From the IMG/VR virus record IMGVR_UViG_3300046786_000657, positions 1 to 44,454 of that record: a stretch of DNA of 44,454 nucleotides; one strand, given 5' to 3'. The position numbers and the translations under genes are program-made. The DNA is from a virus (lineage: Duplodnaviria; Caudoviricetes). The stretch's first letter is position 1; each line of letters starts with the position of its first letter. Below are positions 23,410 through 33,228 of the stretch, one piece after another. The notes under the pieces were generated by a model, which was not told where the DNA came from, searched no databases, and saw only the letters and a program-made list of their open reading frames with translations.

Positions 23410-24525
23410 ATGAAAAGAAATAGTAGAATTAGTCGTGGTTCATTACCAAGAACTAACAATATGGAGATGCTTGAGTTATTAGAGAGCAAAGGTATTTACT
23501 TTGCCCCTGGTGATTTAGCAGTATTTGACCATCCACAAGGTGAGAAATCTATAATTGGTATGGATACTCGTTTGGCTATGGATGCTGACACTTGGCCTTA
23601 TGGTAATCCATCAAATGGTGTACCATTTCAATTCTTAACAGAATATACAGGTAAACCGATTGAACAAATCCTGTTAAAACGTGCTTATATGGATATCGGT
23701 AAAGAGTATCAAATGGGTTCATTCTCTACACAACGTGTTGAGATTGCATTACAAAACTTAATCGGTTATGTAACTCCATATGGTGATTACAATGAAGATG
23801 CGTTATCTGATGCAAACTATACTTGGTCACCACGTGATATTTATTTAGGTCAGACTATCATTCAGTACGGTGATTTAGAAGTTGAATCCGGTTCTGCTGC
23901 TAAACTTGATATTATCGGTGGAAAACGTTATTCTGCTGCACAATCTATTGCGATTGCAGAAAATAAATTATTCTTTTTAGGTAATTTAACTTCGTCAGGA
24001 ACATTTGTTAATAAGACATTTGGTTTATTAAATGACCCAAATCTTAATGCTTCTTATCCAGCACCAAATGGTAACTGGGGAACAGCAGGTGCTACACAAG
24101 CAACTAACATTGTTAATGATATTAACTATGCTTTCCAAAAGTTAGCAACTCAATTAGGTAACAACGTTACACAAGAGAGCAAGTTATTATTAGCGGTTAG
24201 TGCTGAAGCAGGTTCTTATTTCGGTACACCAACAAGTCTTGGTATTACTGTTGCTGCGATGATTTCTAGCATTTATAAAAATATTAGAATCGTTTATGCT
24301 CCAGAATATAAGACATTAGCATCAGGAAGTGACAATTTAGGTGGTTTCCAATTAATCGCTGAAGATTGTATTTCTGAAGGTGCTGTATGGGATTTATTTA
24401 GTTACAAATATCGTTCACATGGAACAGTAAGAAAAGATTCATCTTATAGAGAGAAGATTTCCTTTGGTTCAGGTGGTGCAGGTATTGGTGCTCCGGCCGG
24501 TGTTGTTACAATAACTGGTCTTTAA
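23410..24525 (+). CDS. Major capsid protein (DUF2184-like)
   Basis: LAMDA, NGVPFQFLT, PYGDY, FGLLNDPNL, APE; size and position. Confidence 0.9.
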   Translation: MKRNSRISRGSLPRTNNMEMLELLESKGIYFAPGDLAVFDHPQGEKSIIGMDTRLAMDADTWPYGNPSNGVPFQFLTEYTGKPIEQILLKRAYMDIGKEYQMGSFSTQRVEIALQNLIGYVTPYGDYNEDALSDANYTWSPRDIYLGQTIIQYGDLEVESGSAAKLDIIGGKRYSAAQSIAIAENKLFFLGNLTSSGTFVNKTFGLLNDPNLNASYPAPNGNWGTAGATQATNIVNDINYAFQKLATQLGNNVTQESKLLLAVSAEAGSYFGTPTSLGITVAAMISSIYKNIRIVYAPEYKTLASGSDNLGGFQLIAEDCISEGAVWDLFSYKYRSHGTVRKDSSYREKISFGSGGAGIGAPAGVVTITGL

Positions 24526-24548
24526 TACTTTTTGAGAGAGAGATAAAA

Positions 24549-24923
24549 ATGGCTAAAGTAACTGTTTATAGTAAATACCCTGTTGGGGTTCAATTCACGA
24601 ATCCTAACAACGGGCACGAAGTAGAGTTTAAAGGTGTTAATTCGCATAAGTTAGAGTTTGACAACGCTTCAGGTCATCATAAACTGATTGTCCCTGAAAA
24701 CTTGCCTTATTCTAATTTAGTTGATGAAGAAGACTGGCTTTACTTTAAAGATAAGTATGGTAATCGTTCCGCATACTTTGATAAGTTAAATGGCGATTGT
24801 TTCTATACAGCGAAAGATGAAAAAGAAGCGATTAGCAAAAACGATAATACTAAAAAGATGATTGATGACAAGTTTATTGTTAGCAAACAAAAAGGTATTA
24901 GTAAGCAAACGAAAGGCGAGTAA
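24549..24923 (+). CDS. Hypothetical protein (conserved position after MCP)
   Basis: VTVYSKYPVGVQF..VDEEDW; GAGAG-type RBS. Confidence 0.7.
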   Translation: MAKVTVYSKYPVGVQFTNPNNGHEVEFKGVNSHKLEFDNASGHHKLIVPENLPYSNLVDEEDWLYFKDKYGNRSAYFDKLNGDCFYTAKDEKEAISKNDNTKKMIDDKFIVSKQKGISKQTKGE

Positions 24924-25297
24924 TGAGTGCAGTATTCCCTACAACTTTAGATGTGACTACGTTTCAGGCTTTATATCCTGAGTACTATAGTATACAAACC
25001 GTAGTTTTAAATGACTTATGGATTGCTGTAGAGAATATATCACCAGGTTTCATATGGAATTACACGCAGCAAATGGCTAACTCTTATTGGTTTAAGGTGT
25101 TAGCCCATTTGTGTCAATTAAGATTAACTAGACAGCCTGGTAGGGTTGTTAGTGGTGTACAAGGTGATACAACTACAAGTTTCGAAAATATACCACAGAC
25201 AAGTGCAGGTTCCTTGCAATGGTGGAGTTCGACTAATTGGGGATTAGAGATTGCTCAATTAATACGGCGTAGAGGAGGTTCGACTTATATAGTATGA
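24923..25297 (+). CDS. Head-tail adaptor (DUF4054-like)
   Basis: FQALYPEY, LAHL, GRV.S..QG, WWSSTNWG. Confidence 0.8.
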   Translation: MSAVFPTTLDVTTFQALYPEYYSIQTVVLNDLWIAVENISPGFIWNYTQQMANSYWFKVLAHLCQLRLTRQPGRVVSGVQGDTTTSFENIPQTSAGSLQWWSSTNWGLEIAQLIRRRGGSTYIV

Positions 25298-25761
25298 GTG
25301 TAAAAATAACTGGTGGCGAAAAGGTTAAAATCTTTATGGATAAAGTGAAAAAACAGAAGTCAGATGTTGATGCGGGTTTTTTCAAAGAATCAATATATCC
25401 AGATGGTCAACAGGTAGCACAGATCGCTATATGGAATGAATTCGGAACAATAAGTCAAAATGGTAATGTGGCTATACCGCCAAGACCGTTTATGAGTCAG
25501 ACAGTAAAAGACAACAAGAAAAAATGGATGGCGATGTTAGAAAAGATAATATCTAGCCAAGGTGAAAATATTAATTTAGAACAAGCACTCAATAAGATTG
25601 GGGCTGTAATGGCTGGTGATATTAAAAAAACGATATCAAATGGTAATAATTTATTTGTACCAAATTCACCGATTACAATAGCCAAAAAAGGAAAAGATAC
25701 GGTATTAAGAGATACAAATGTGATGTTAAACAGTGTTAATTATGTGGTGAATAAGAAATGA
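25294..25761 (+). CDS. Neck/tail-completion protein
   Basis: IAIWNEFGT, IPPRPFM, PNSPITIAKKG..LRDT. Confidence 0.8.
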   Translation: MSVKITGGEKVKIFMDKVKKQKSDVDAGFFKESIYPDGQQVAQIAIWNEFGTISQNGNVAIPPRPFMSQTVKDNKKKWMAMLEKIISSQGENINLEQALNKIGAVMAGDIKKTISNGNNLFVPNSPITIAKKGKDTVLRDTNVMLNSVNYVVNKK

Positions 25762-26162
25762 CTTATGGTTTAAATCTTAATTTGATTAATCAGCCTGTTA
25801 TTGAAGCAGTTACACCTTTTCAGGATATAATGCTTTATACTTATTCAGGTAGTACGTTCAGTTATGGTAATACTACACCAACATATAATCCACCGATAGC
25901 ATTGAAGGCAAATGTTCAGTTATACAACAATCAGGCGATTAAATTATTAGATGGATATAGTATAACTAACGTTTATAAACGATTCTTTATAAATGCAGAT
26001 ATAACAGGTTTAAATAGAAATATATCAAGTGGTGGAGATTATATCACGTGGGTTAATGCGATGGGTGTTACATTAAGATATAGAATTGTAATGGTATTAA
26101 ATCAATTCAATGTAGGTTACACAGAAGTAATTGGTGTTGAGAGCGTACAGCCAAATGAATGA
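25758..26162 (+). CDS. Head-closure/stopper-like protein
   Basis: Position; GLNR..GGD motif. Confidence 0.65.
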   Translation: MTYGLNLNLINQPVIEAVTPFQDIMLYTYSGSTFSYGNTTPTYNPPIALKANVQLYNNQAIKLLDGYSITNVYKRFFINADITGLNRNISSGGDYITWVNAMGVTLRYRIVMVLNQFNVGYTEVIGVESVQPNE

Positions 26163-26664
26163 GCAACAGATAGTATGGACTTGGATAAGTGATTTTTTGT
26201 TTAATCAAAATATTTATCCTAATCCGGCACATATCTTAAATGCTTATCCAGTTGGAACACCTTTAACGCCAGATAGCAATTTTGTGATAATTACTAGAAT
26301 GGGAATACATTTAGGTTATTTACCTGAAATAACTTTTAATGTGCCTAATCAGAATGTAGATATCCAAAATCAGTTAGAAATAACATATCAGGTTGACTTT
26401 TATGGAACAAACGCACAAAGAGGTGCTAATGCTTTTCAAATGTATTTATTAAGTGCCAATAGTAGTAATTATTTAAGCGATTATGGTTATGGAGTTGGAA
26501 CTGTGGAAGATGTAGTTCAGAGCACTAATCCGATTGACAGGGATACCTACGTAGGAAAGTTTATTTGTAGATTTACGTTACTTACTATAAATAATGTGTT
26601 AATATCACAAGATGGATTAACACCAGATGATATAATAGTAACACTAGAACCTGAATTAAATTAA
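26155..26664 (+). CDS. Tail terminator/neck protein
   Basis: YQVDFYG motif; precedes the sheath gene; likely ATG 26155. Confidence 0.7.
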   Translation: MNEQQIVWTWISDFLFNQNIYPNPAHILNAYPVGTPLTPDSNFVIITRMGIHLGYLPEITFNVPNQNVDIQNQLEITYQVDFYGTNAQRGANAFQMYLLSANSSNYLSDYGYGVGTVEDVVQSTNPIDRDTYVGKFICRFTLLTINNVLISQDGLTPDDIIVTLEPELN

Positions 26665-26681
26665 TTAAAGGAGTTTCATAT

Positions 26682-28292
26682 ATGGCAAAATCAAAATTAC
26701 CTGTTGATGTTAACACTTCATTGAATGAAGTTGCTAACATTGACCCAAATCTGGTAGTAAATGTAACGACAGGTGTAGTATTACCCCCACAAGGCCCAGG
26801 GATACTAGCATCTTGTTTTTTATCTGTTAATGCATACAATTCTACTAATCAACCTGTAAATCAATTTACATCAGCAAATGCCGTTGGATTATATTACGGC
26901 TTTGGCTCATTAGAATATACATCAGCAGTAGAATACTTCAAAGGTACAGACCAATCAGCATCAGTACCACCTTATTTATATATCGCCGGTTATTTTCCAA
27001 CAACACAAGCACCTTTTATGCGTGGTAGTGCGTTGCAACCTAATAACACACAAGCCTTGGCTAATATCCTTGCATTAGGTAACACTAATAGTTTTAGCGT
27101 TGTCATCAATGGTACTAAATTGACTGCAACCAATGTGGCAATATCTGGATTAACTAGTTTATCTGCTGTTGCAAGTGCAGTGGCTACAGCACTTAATGCT
27201 GTTACACCAGCACCATCACCTACGACAAGTGTTGTTGTTAGTTTTAATCCTGATATTAACTCTTTCTTTTTACAAACCGCACAGGCATTAGATACAATAG
27301 CATTTGACCCAACACCAGTTGCGGGTAGTTTAAATGATTTGCTGTTTTTAAGTCAATCAACAGGTGCTATATTATCAGCAGGTATTAATGCTGCATTAAC
27401 ACCAGCACAAAATATGAATAATATCGTCGATAATCTATTAGACACAGCGAATATTATCCCTATTAGTGCCCTTGGTGATACATCAACAGGTGCGAATGCT
27501 ACATATTTAGCGTTGGCTGCGTGGAATAGTACAATAGGTAATAACAGGTTTGCATTCTTATTTGGTGATAGTTTAATTGCTGAAACAATTAGTCCAGACA
27601 CTACAAGCCTACAAGCATTGATTACTTCTAACAATTATGCTAATAGTTCAGTATTTTACGCACCTAGTTTAGCAAATGCTATTAGTTATGCGATATTAGC
27701 AGGAACAGTGTTTGCATCTGCTGATTATACGCAACCAAACAGTGCATTGACTGCGTGTTTTAAATCACAAGAGGGATTAGTTCCATCAGTTACTAATACT
27801 GCAATTGCTAAAGTTTTATTAGCAAAAGGTACTAACTTCTATGGTGCTTATGGTTTATCAGTTGCTACGTTTAACTTCTTACAACCTGGTGCAATTTCTG
27901 GTGAGTATAAGTTTATTGATAACTTAATGGCTGCTATTTGGCTAACTCGTAATATCCAGTTAAATATATTTAACTTACTTACCGCTGTTGGTGAAGTTGT
28001 TAATGATAGAGTTGGTTATGGACAAATATACGACCAAATCGTTAATGTATTACAGGCCAACATCGCAAATGGTGTTATTGCACAAGGTCAAGATTTATCA
28101 GCATATGCACAAGAAGTTCAAAGTAAGTATGGTGTTAATGTTAATCTTATTAGCAATAACGGCTGGTATATAATATCTACTCCAGCAAACGCAGCCCAAA
28201 GAACAAATAGAACCACTCCAACCTGGTTAGTTTTATATGTTAAAGGTGATGCAATTCAATCTTTACCTATTTCTATTATTGGTTTAAATTAG
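26682..28292 (+). CDS. Contractile tail sheath protein (DUF3383-like)
   Basis: FTSANAVG.YYG..S.EY, FKSQEGL, NFYGAY, FID..WL, R..P..Y..GDAIQ. Confidence 0.88.
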   Translation: MAKSKLPVDVNTSLNEVANIDPNLVVNVTTGVVLPPQGPGILASCFLSVNAYNSTNQPVNQFTSANAVGLYYGFGSLEYTSAVEYFKGTDQSASVPPYLYIAGYFPTTQAPFMRGSALQPNNTQALANILALGNTNSFSVVINGTKLTATNVAISGLTSLSAVASAVATALNAVTPAPSPTTSVVVSFNPDINSFFLQTAQALDTIAFDPTPVAGSLNDLLFLSQSTGAILSAGINAALTPAQNMNNIVDNLLDTANIIPISALGDTSTGANATYLALAAWNSTIGNNRFAFLFGDSLIAETISPDTTSLQALITSNNYANSSVFYAPSLANAISYAILAGTVFASADYTQPNSALTACFKSQEGLVPSVTNTAIAKVLLAKGTNFYGAYGLSVATFNFLQPGAISGEYKFIDNLMAAIWLTRNIQLNIFNLLTAVGEVVNDRVGYGQIYDQIVNVLQANIANGVIAQGQDLSAYAQEVQSKYGVNVNLISNNGWYIISTPANAAQRTNRTTPTWLVLYVKGDAIQSLPISIIGLN

Positions 28293-28304
28293 AAAGGAAC
28301 TAAT

Positions 28305-28730
28305 ATGTTAAACGCAACAAGTAAGAACGCAATATTAACTTTTACACCGTATGCAGACCCAGCAACAGCGATTCAGTTTCAAGAATTCAGCGAAGAGTTT
28401 ATTCTTGATTTATCTGATGTCGATGTTGTTGAAACCAAAATCGGTAACGATGGCATATTTCAGGCTTCAGTAGTGGCAACTAAAATGGAAGGTTCATTTA
28501 GTTTTATGCCAACTTCTGACACTTTGGCTAATATCCAAATATTACAAACTGCCGTTTATTTATCTGGCATCCCTGTTTCAGGGATTTTGTCAGTTAAATT
28601 GCCAAGTTCAAATAAAACCTATCTATATAGAGATTTTACTATTGTATCTGGTATAATTGGTATACCACTTAAAAAAGAAGCAGATCCAGTTAAAATTAAG
28701 TGGTCTAGTCAACTGGCTGTACCTGCTTAA
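28305..28730 (+). CDS. Tail tube protein
   Basis: 141 aa after the sheath; ETKIGNDG. Confidence 0.78.
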   Translation: MLNATSKNAILTFTPYADPATAIQFQEFSEEFILDLSDVDVVETKIGNDGIFQASVVATKMEGSFSFMPTSDTLANIQILQTAVYLSGIPVSGILSVKLPSSNKTYLYRDFTIVSGIIGIPLKKEADPVKIKWSSQLAVPA

Positions 28731-28757
28731 TTTTATAAAGAGAGAGAGAGATAAAAG

Positions 28758-29219
28758 ATGGCAAATACAACTACAGAATTGAATTTATTTGGATTTAAGT
28801 TTGAAATTGAACGCTTAAGTCCAAGTAAACAATTTAATTTAGTGCTTAAAGTTATTGGAATTATTGCAAAAAGTAATCAAGATTATTCTGGGCAAATTCA
28901 ACAAGCATTGCATAATCAGTTACAGACTGGTGAAACTTTTGATATATCAAACGAGCAGAAGTTTGAAGGCGATACATTAACATTGTTATTATCGGCCGTT
29001 AAAGGTGCATTATCTAGTTTATCTGATACTGACAGAGATTACTTAATCAATTCGTTATTAAGTAATGTAAAAATATATCCTAATCCTGAAACACCTGCTT
29101 TATCTTATACAGCAACAATGTCTGAATTGGATAAGAGATTTACATCTTTTATGCAGATTGTTAAATTGCTTACGGAAGTGGTTAAGATAAATTTTACAGG
29201 GTCTACTGCCGAAAAGTAG
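28758..29219 (+). CDS. Tail assembly chaperone (G-like)
   Basis: Between tube and tape measure genes; ends with a slippery site. Confidence 0.75.
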   Translation: MANTTTELNLFGFKFEIERLSPSKQFNLVLKVIGIIAKSNQDYSGQIQQALHNQLQTGETFDISNEQKFEGDTLTLLLSAVKGALSSLSDTDRDYLINSLLSNVKIYPNPETPALSYTATMSELDKRFTSFMQIVKLLTEVVKINFTGSTAEK

Positions 29220-29440
29220 TAGACTTACCTTTGCGTGTATCAGGTAATACTGACCATTTGCTTAAATATAAGAATATCTTACCAATTTATGCTATAATAA
29301 TAAATAAAGGTTATGCAACCTATTATGAGTTAATTAATAAGTATTATTACGAAGAAGTAATTGACTTATTAGAGATAATCTTAATAGATGAGCATAACGA
29401 ATATATGCTCAATAAGTTAGCAGAAAGTAAGAACAAGTGA
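29186..29440 (+). CDS. Tail chaperone T-like extension (-1 frame)
   Basis: Open from 29186 in the -1 frame; only a TTG start with no RBS; GYATYYEL..Y..EEVIDLLEI motif. Confidence 0.7.
   Translation, partial: DKFYRVYCRKVVDLPLRVSGNTDHLLKYKNILPIYAIIINKGYATYYELINKYYYEEVIDLLEIILIDEHNEYMLNKLAESKNK
29189..29224 (+). promoter_or_regulatory. Programmed -1 ribosomal frameshift signal
   Basis: A AAT TTT heptamer in frame at 29189-29195; hairpin GTCTACTGC-CGAAAA-GTAGTAGAC at 29201-29224. Confidence 0.75.
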
Positions 29441-31347
29441 ATTTAGATACCTTTTTAATTTCATTGATTTTTGATGATAAGCAAACAAAATCTTCTGCTA
29501 ATAAGATTGATGGGATTGTTAAGAACCTTACACGCTCTATTCAGTCAGGATTATCTACAATCGGCACTTTTGATTTTCTCAAAGGTGCTGTTGACAACTT
29601 CAAAAACTTATCTACAGAAGTAGATAATCTAAACTATGTTACTGGTGAATCAACAACAGCGATATTAACATTTAGTGAAGCGGTTAAACGTAATGGTGGA
29701 ACGATGCAAGGGGCTATTGGCTTTCTTGGTGATTTTTCCAAAAAGATGCGTGATGTATTGTTTTCAACGAATGCTGGTCAATTAGCACCATTTCTTAAAG
29801 CCGGATTAAGTATTTCAGATATAACTTCTGGCAATATGGACAAAGTGTTATCTAACTTATCTACTACATTTGCAAGGTTAAATGGTAATAGGGCTTTACA
29901 ATTAAGACTTGGTGAGATGCTTGGTATTGATCCAACTATTATTAGAACATTATCATTAGGCAATGAGAAGTTAGCAGAATTGCGTAATAGGATGCAGGAA
30001 TTAGGCTTAACTAACGAAATCAACGTTAAAACAGGCATACAATTTAGAGATGCAATGTACAATGTTAATTTAGTTATTGAAGCAATGAAAAATAAATTAG
30101 CACAGTTGTTAATACCGTTTTTAAACAAGTTTGCTGACATTGCCACAAAGGTTATTAACTTCTTTAACCATAATGGCTATTTAATGCAGACTATATTGAT
30201 TGTTATAGCGAGTGCATTAACTGCTTATTTGATACCAAGTTTTATAAAATTAATATCGTTATTTAATCCGTTTAAACCGTTTGCGTTGGTATTGGCTGGT
30301 ATTGTATTAGTCTTACAGGATTTTATTGTTTGGCTAAATGGCGGTAATTCCGCACTAGGTAAATTCTACACTTGGTTATTTGGTAGTAGAGAACAGGCTA
30401 AAGCGTGGTTAGAAACGCTTAAATCACATTTACCAACAATACTTAAATGGGTTGCTGGTATATATACAGCGATTGCAGCGTTTAAGGTTTTAAGAGTAGT
30501 TATATTAGCACTTGATGCTGTCAGTCTATTAAATCCTATAGGATTAGCGATTGCAGCGATTACGGCTGCATTAGTTGCTGGATATTATGCTTGGGAAAAA
30601 TGGGGTGGTGCGATTAAAAGGGCTTTGAGTTCGTTTAAGAATAAAATATTTGGGAATAGTGGCGGGACACCTAATCCACAACCTACACACGGTTCAGCAA
30701 CAATACCATCTATAGCATCTTTTGCTTCATCAACGAGTAAATCGGCAAACGCTGCTATTGTTGCAGGTATTGCTAAATCATTAGGCTTTGATGCTGGTAC
30801 GGCGTTAGCGATTGCTAATATTGAAAGTGGATTAAATCCAAATGCTCTTGCAGGTGGTGGTTCAAGTGCAGCCGGTACATTCCAATTAATTGATAGCACT
30901 GCTGCTGCTTATGGATTATCAAAGGCTGATAAATTAAATCCAACGTTAAATGCAACTGCCGGGATTAAAAACTTAAAATCGACTGCATCGGCATTGAGTA
31001 AGTTTTTAGGTAGAAAACCTACAGGTGGTGAGTTATATCTAGGCGAAATGTTAGGGCTTGGTGGTGCTGAAAGAGTTTTATCTGCTGGTAGCAATACGCA
31101 GTTATCTAGTTTATTATCGGCTAAAGCGATATCAGGTAATAATTTCGCAGGAATGACAGCGGGACAATTAAGAGCCAGAGCGGAAAATGTATATAACAAT
31201 TCTAGTAAGGCTGTTAGTGTGAATGTGGGTAATCTGAACGTACATAGCCCTTCTGCTAATCCGGTTGAAGTAGGTAAGCAAGTAGCACATCAATTGTCAG
31301 TACACGCTAACATTGTTAACAATTACGAGAATGGAAGAAAAGCATGA
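29437..31347 (+). CDS. Tape measure protein with C-terminal lytic transglycosylase (SLT) domain
   Basis: Helical/hydrophobic repeats; AIANIESGLNPNA..AAGTFQLIDST. Confidence 0.88.
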   Translation: MNLDTFLISLIFDDKQTKSSANKIDGIVKNLTRSIQSGLSTIGTFDFLKGAVDNFKNLSTEVDNLNYVTGESTTAILTFSEAVKRNGGTMQGAIGFLGDFSKKMRDVLFSTNAGQLAPFLKAGLSISDITSGNMDKVLSNLSTTFARLNGNRALQLRLGEMLGIDPTIIRTLSLGNEKLAELRNRMQELGLTNEINVKTGIQFRDAMYNVNLVIEAMKNKLAQLLIPFLNKFADIATKVINFFNHNGYLMQTILIVIASALTAYLIPSFIKLISLFNPFKPFALVLAGIVLVLQDFIVWLNGGNSALGKFYTWLFGSREQAKAWLETLKSHLPTILKWVAGIYTAIAAFKVLRVVILALDAVSLLNPIGLAIAAITAALVAGYYAWEKWGGAIKRALSSFKNKIFGNSGGTPNPQPTHGSATIPSIASFASSTSKSANAAIVAGIAKSLGFDAGTALAIANIESGLNPNALAGGGSSAAGTFQLIDSTAAAYGLSKADKLNPTLNATAGIKNLKSTASALSKFLGRKPTGGELYLGEMLGLGGAERVLSAGSNTQLSSLLSAKAISGNNFAGMTAGQLRARAENVYNNSSKAVSVNVGNLNVHSPSANPVEVGKQVAHQLSVHANIVNNYENGRKA

Positions 31348-31979
31348 GTTTATTAAGTGGTGTTGCTGCCGGTGCTGGTGATTTGTTAGCATTTATCCAA
31401 GATGGTTTTGTGATTATTGACATAACTTCTGGAACTGCTTACAAGTTTGATACCTACACAAGTAATAGTTTTTATAAACAGAATCAAGTACCGAACCAGC
31501 CTGTGGAGATGGGCAGTTTTGCATCTGACAGCAAGGTGATAAGTCCAAATGTCATCAATGTAACGGCATATAAGGGCTTATCTATATTCAACCTTGCTGC
31601 AGGTGCAGGGCTATTTGGTAATAGTTTATCAGTTCAAAGCGTTGCTGCTTTCCAGTTAGGGCTAACGGATTTAGCCAATGGTCCTAACTTGGTCAATTTG
31701 TTTATCAATAATAAAGTTATTGCTTATAGCGAAACGTATAGTTATTACACCTTGGAAACTGTATCGTGGGAAAAGACACCTAATCAGTTATTATTAGCAG
31801 CACAAATGCAATTTAGGGAAATAAGATTAACACAGCCATCATTTACTAATATACAACAGGTTGCTAATCCTAATGATAGCAGTCCTACTAACAATGGAAC
31901 TGTGCAAGGTCAAACGCCAGGTGATAACAATACATCATTATTAAAACAATTATTAGATGCTGGGGGGTTATCGTTTTGA
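31344..31979 (+). CDS. Baseplate/tube initiator (Dit-like)
   Basis: PVEMGSFASDSKV..P, FREIR; follows the tape measure gene. Confidence 0.75.
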   Translation: MSLLSGVAAGAGDLLAFIQDGFVIIDITSGTAYKFDTYTSNSFYKQNQVPNQPVEMGSFASDSKVISPNVINVTAYKGLSIFNLAAGAGLFGNSLSVQSVAAFQLGLTDLANGPNLVNLFINNKVIAYSETYSYYTLETVSWEKTPNQLLLAAQMQFREIRLTQPSFTNIQQVANPNDSSPTNNGTVQGQTPGDNNTSLLKQLLDAGGLSF

Positions 31980-32296
31980 TACAAATACCAATTCAGAGTG
32001 TGCCAAATCAAAGTTTAAGTGTATTGATTAATCAGCAAGTAGTTAATATTAATTTATACACCAGAACCACATTGAACACAGATTATATTTATGCTGATAT
32101 ATTACTTGGCAATGAATACATCATCGCAGGTACAGATGTAACAGGGTTGCCAATAATACCTTATTCTTATTTATCCGATCAGTTACAAGGTAATTTTGTA
32201 TTTCTAAATACTGACGGGAATAATAATAGGCCAATAAACTATAAAAACTTCGGCATTAATCAAGTATTGATATTTTTCAACTTTAGTGAAGTGTAA
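31976..32296 (+). CDS. Small baseplate protein
   Basis: IPIQSVPNQSLSV..GNFVF. Confidence 0.72.
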   Translation: MIQIPIQSVPNQSLSVLINQQVVNINLYTRTTLNTDYIYADILLGNEYIIAGTDVTGLPIIPYSYLSDQLQGNFVFLNTDGNNNRPINYKNFGINQVLIFFNFSEV

Positions 32297-32298
32297 TT

Positions 32299-33228
32299 AT
32301 GAGTTTAATTACCAATCCGACATCACTAAAAACACGATATGTTAAGTGTACAATAACGCTTAATAATAGTACATTTATAGGTGCTGGAAGTGGTAATAAT
32401 ACTATTGTTATTAATGACCAACTTGCTAATCCTAATATGATACCATTTACCATTACTGCTAATTTAAATGAAACATTAGGTCAACAAATGGATAATTCAG
32501 CAGATATAACAATATATGGTCTGAATACTGATATAATCAATCAAATAAGCACTATTGGATTAGTAGCCGGTTCTGTTATTAATTATCAATTAAACACGAT
32601 ACAGTTATATGCTGGATATGATAATCCACCACCATTGATATACACAGGGCAAATTATAAGAGCGTATGCTGATAGTAATGACCCTAACAGACCGTTACAT
32701 TTGCAGACATCATTCACATTAGCCAATGTATTTAAAGTTAGTACCTTGAATTTACAGGGCAATATAGATATATCTAGTGTTTTTGAGAATTTAGCCAACA
32801 TTATTGGTTATGGTTTTATTAACAATGGAGTTACAGGTAAAATTAGTAATCCTGTATTAATTGGAGCACCGTTGGTTCAAATAAGGCAATTAGCAACACA
32901 AACAGGTGTAGTACCATTATTTAAAAATAATGTGTTGTATATTGCACCATTAGGCGATGTACATTTTAATCAAGTGTTGCAACTGGATGCCACATCAGGA
33001 ATGATTGGTTATCCAATTATAGATGATATAGGCATTCAATTAAAGATGTATTTTAATCCGTTCTTTAGTGTTGGTCAATATGTTAATGTTCAAAGTTACA
33101 TTAAGAAAGCAACAGGTCAATGGTATGCCTATTCGGTTAATAGTGATATATCTAACAATTATGACCAATGGACAAGTTCAGTACGATTGGCTATTAATAG
33201 TCTTAAAGTAGGAGTAGCACCACAATGA
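32299..33228 (+). CDS. Baseplate hub protein
   Basis: ADITIYGL, LYAGY, GMIGYP. Confidence 0.8.
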   Translation: MSLITNPTSLKTRYVKCTITLNNSTFIGAGSGNNTIVINDQLANPNMIPFTITANLNETLGQQMDNSADITIYGLNTDIINQISTIGLVAGSVINYQLNTIQLYAGYDNPPPLIYTGQIIRAYADSNDPNRPLHLQTSFTLANVFKVSTLNLQGNIDISSVFENLANIIGYGFINNGVTGKISNPVLIGAPLVQIRQLATQTGVVPLFKNNVLYIAPLGDVHFNQVLQLDATSGMIGYPIIDDIGIQLKMYFNPFFSVGQYVNVQSYIKKATGQWYAYSVNSDISNNYDQWTSSVRLAINSLKVGVAPQ

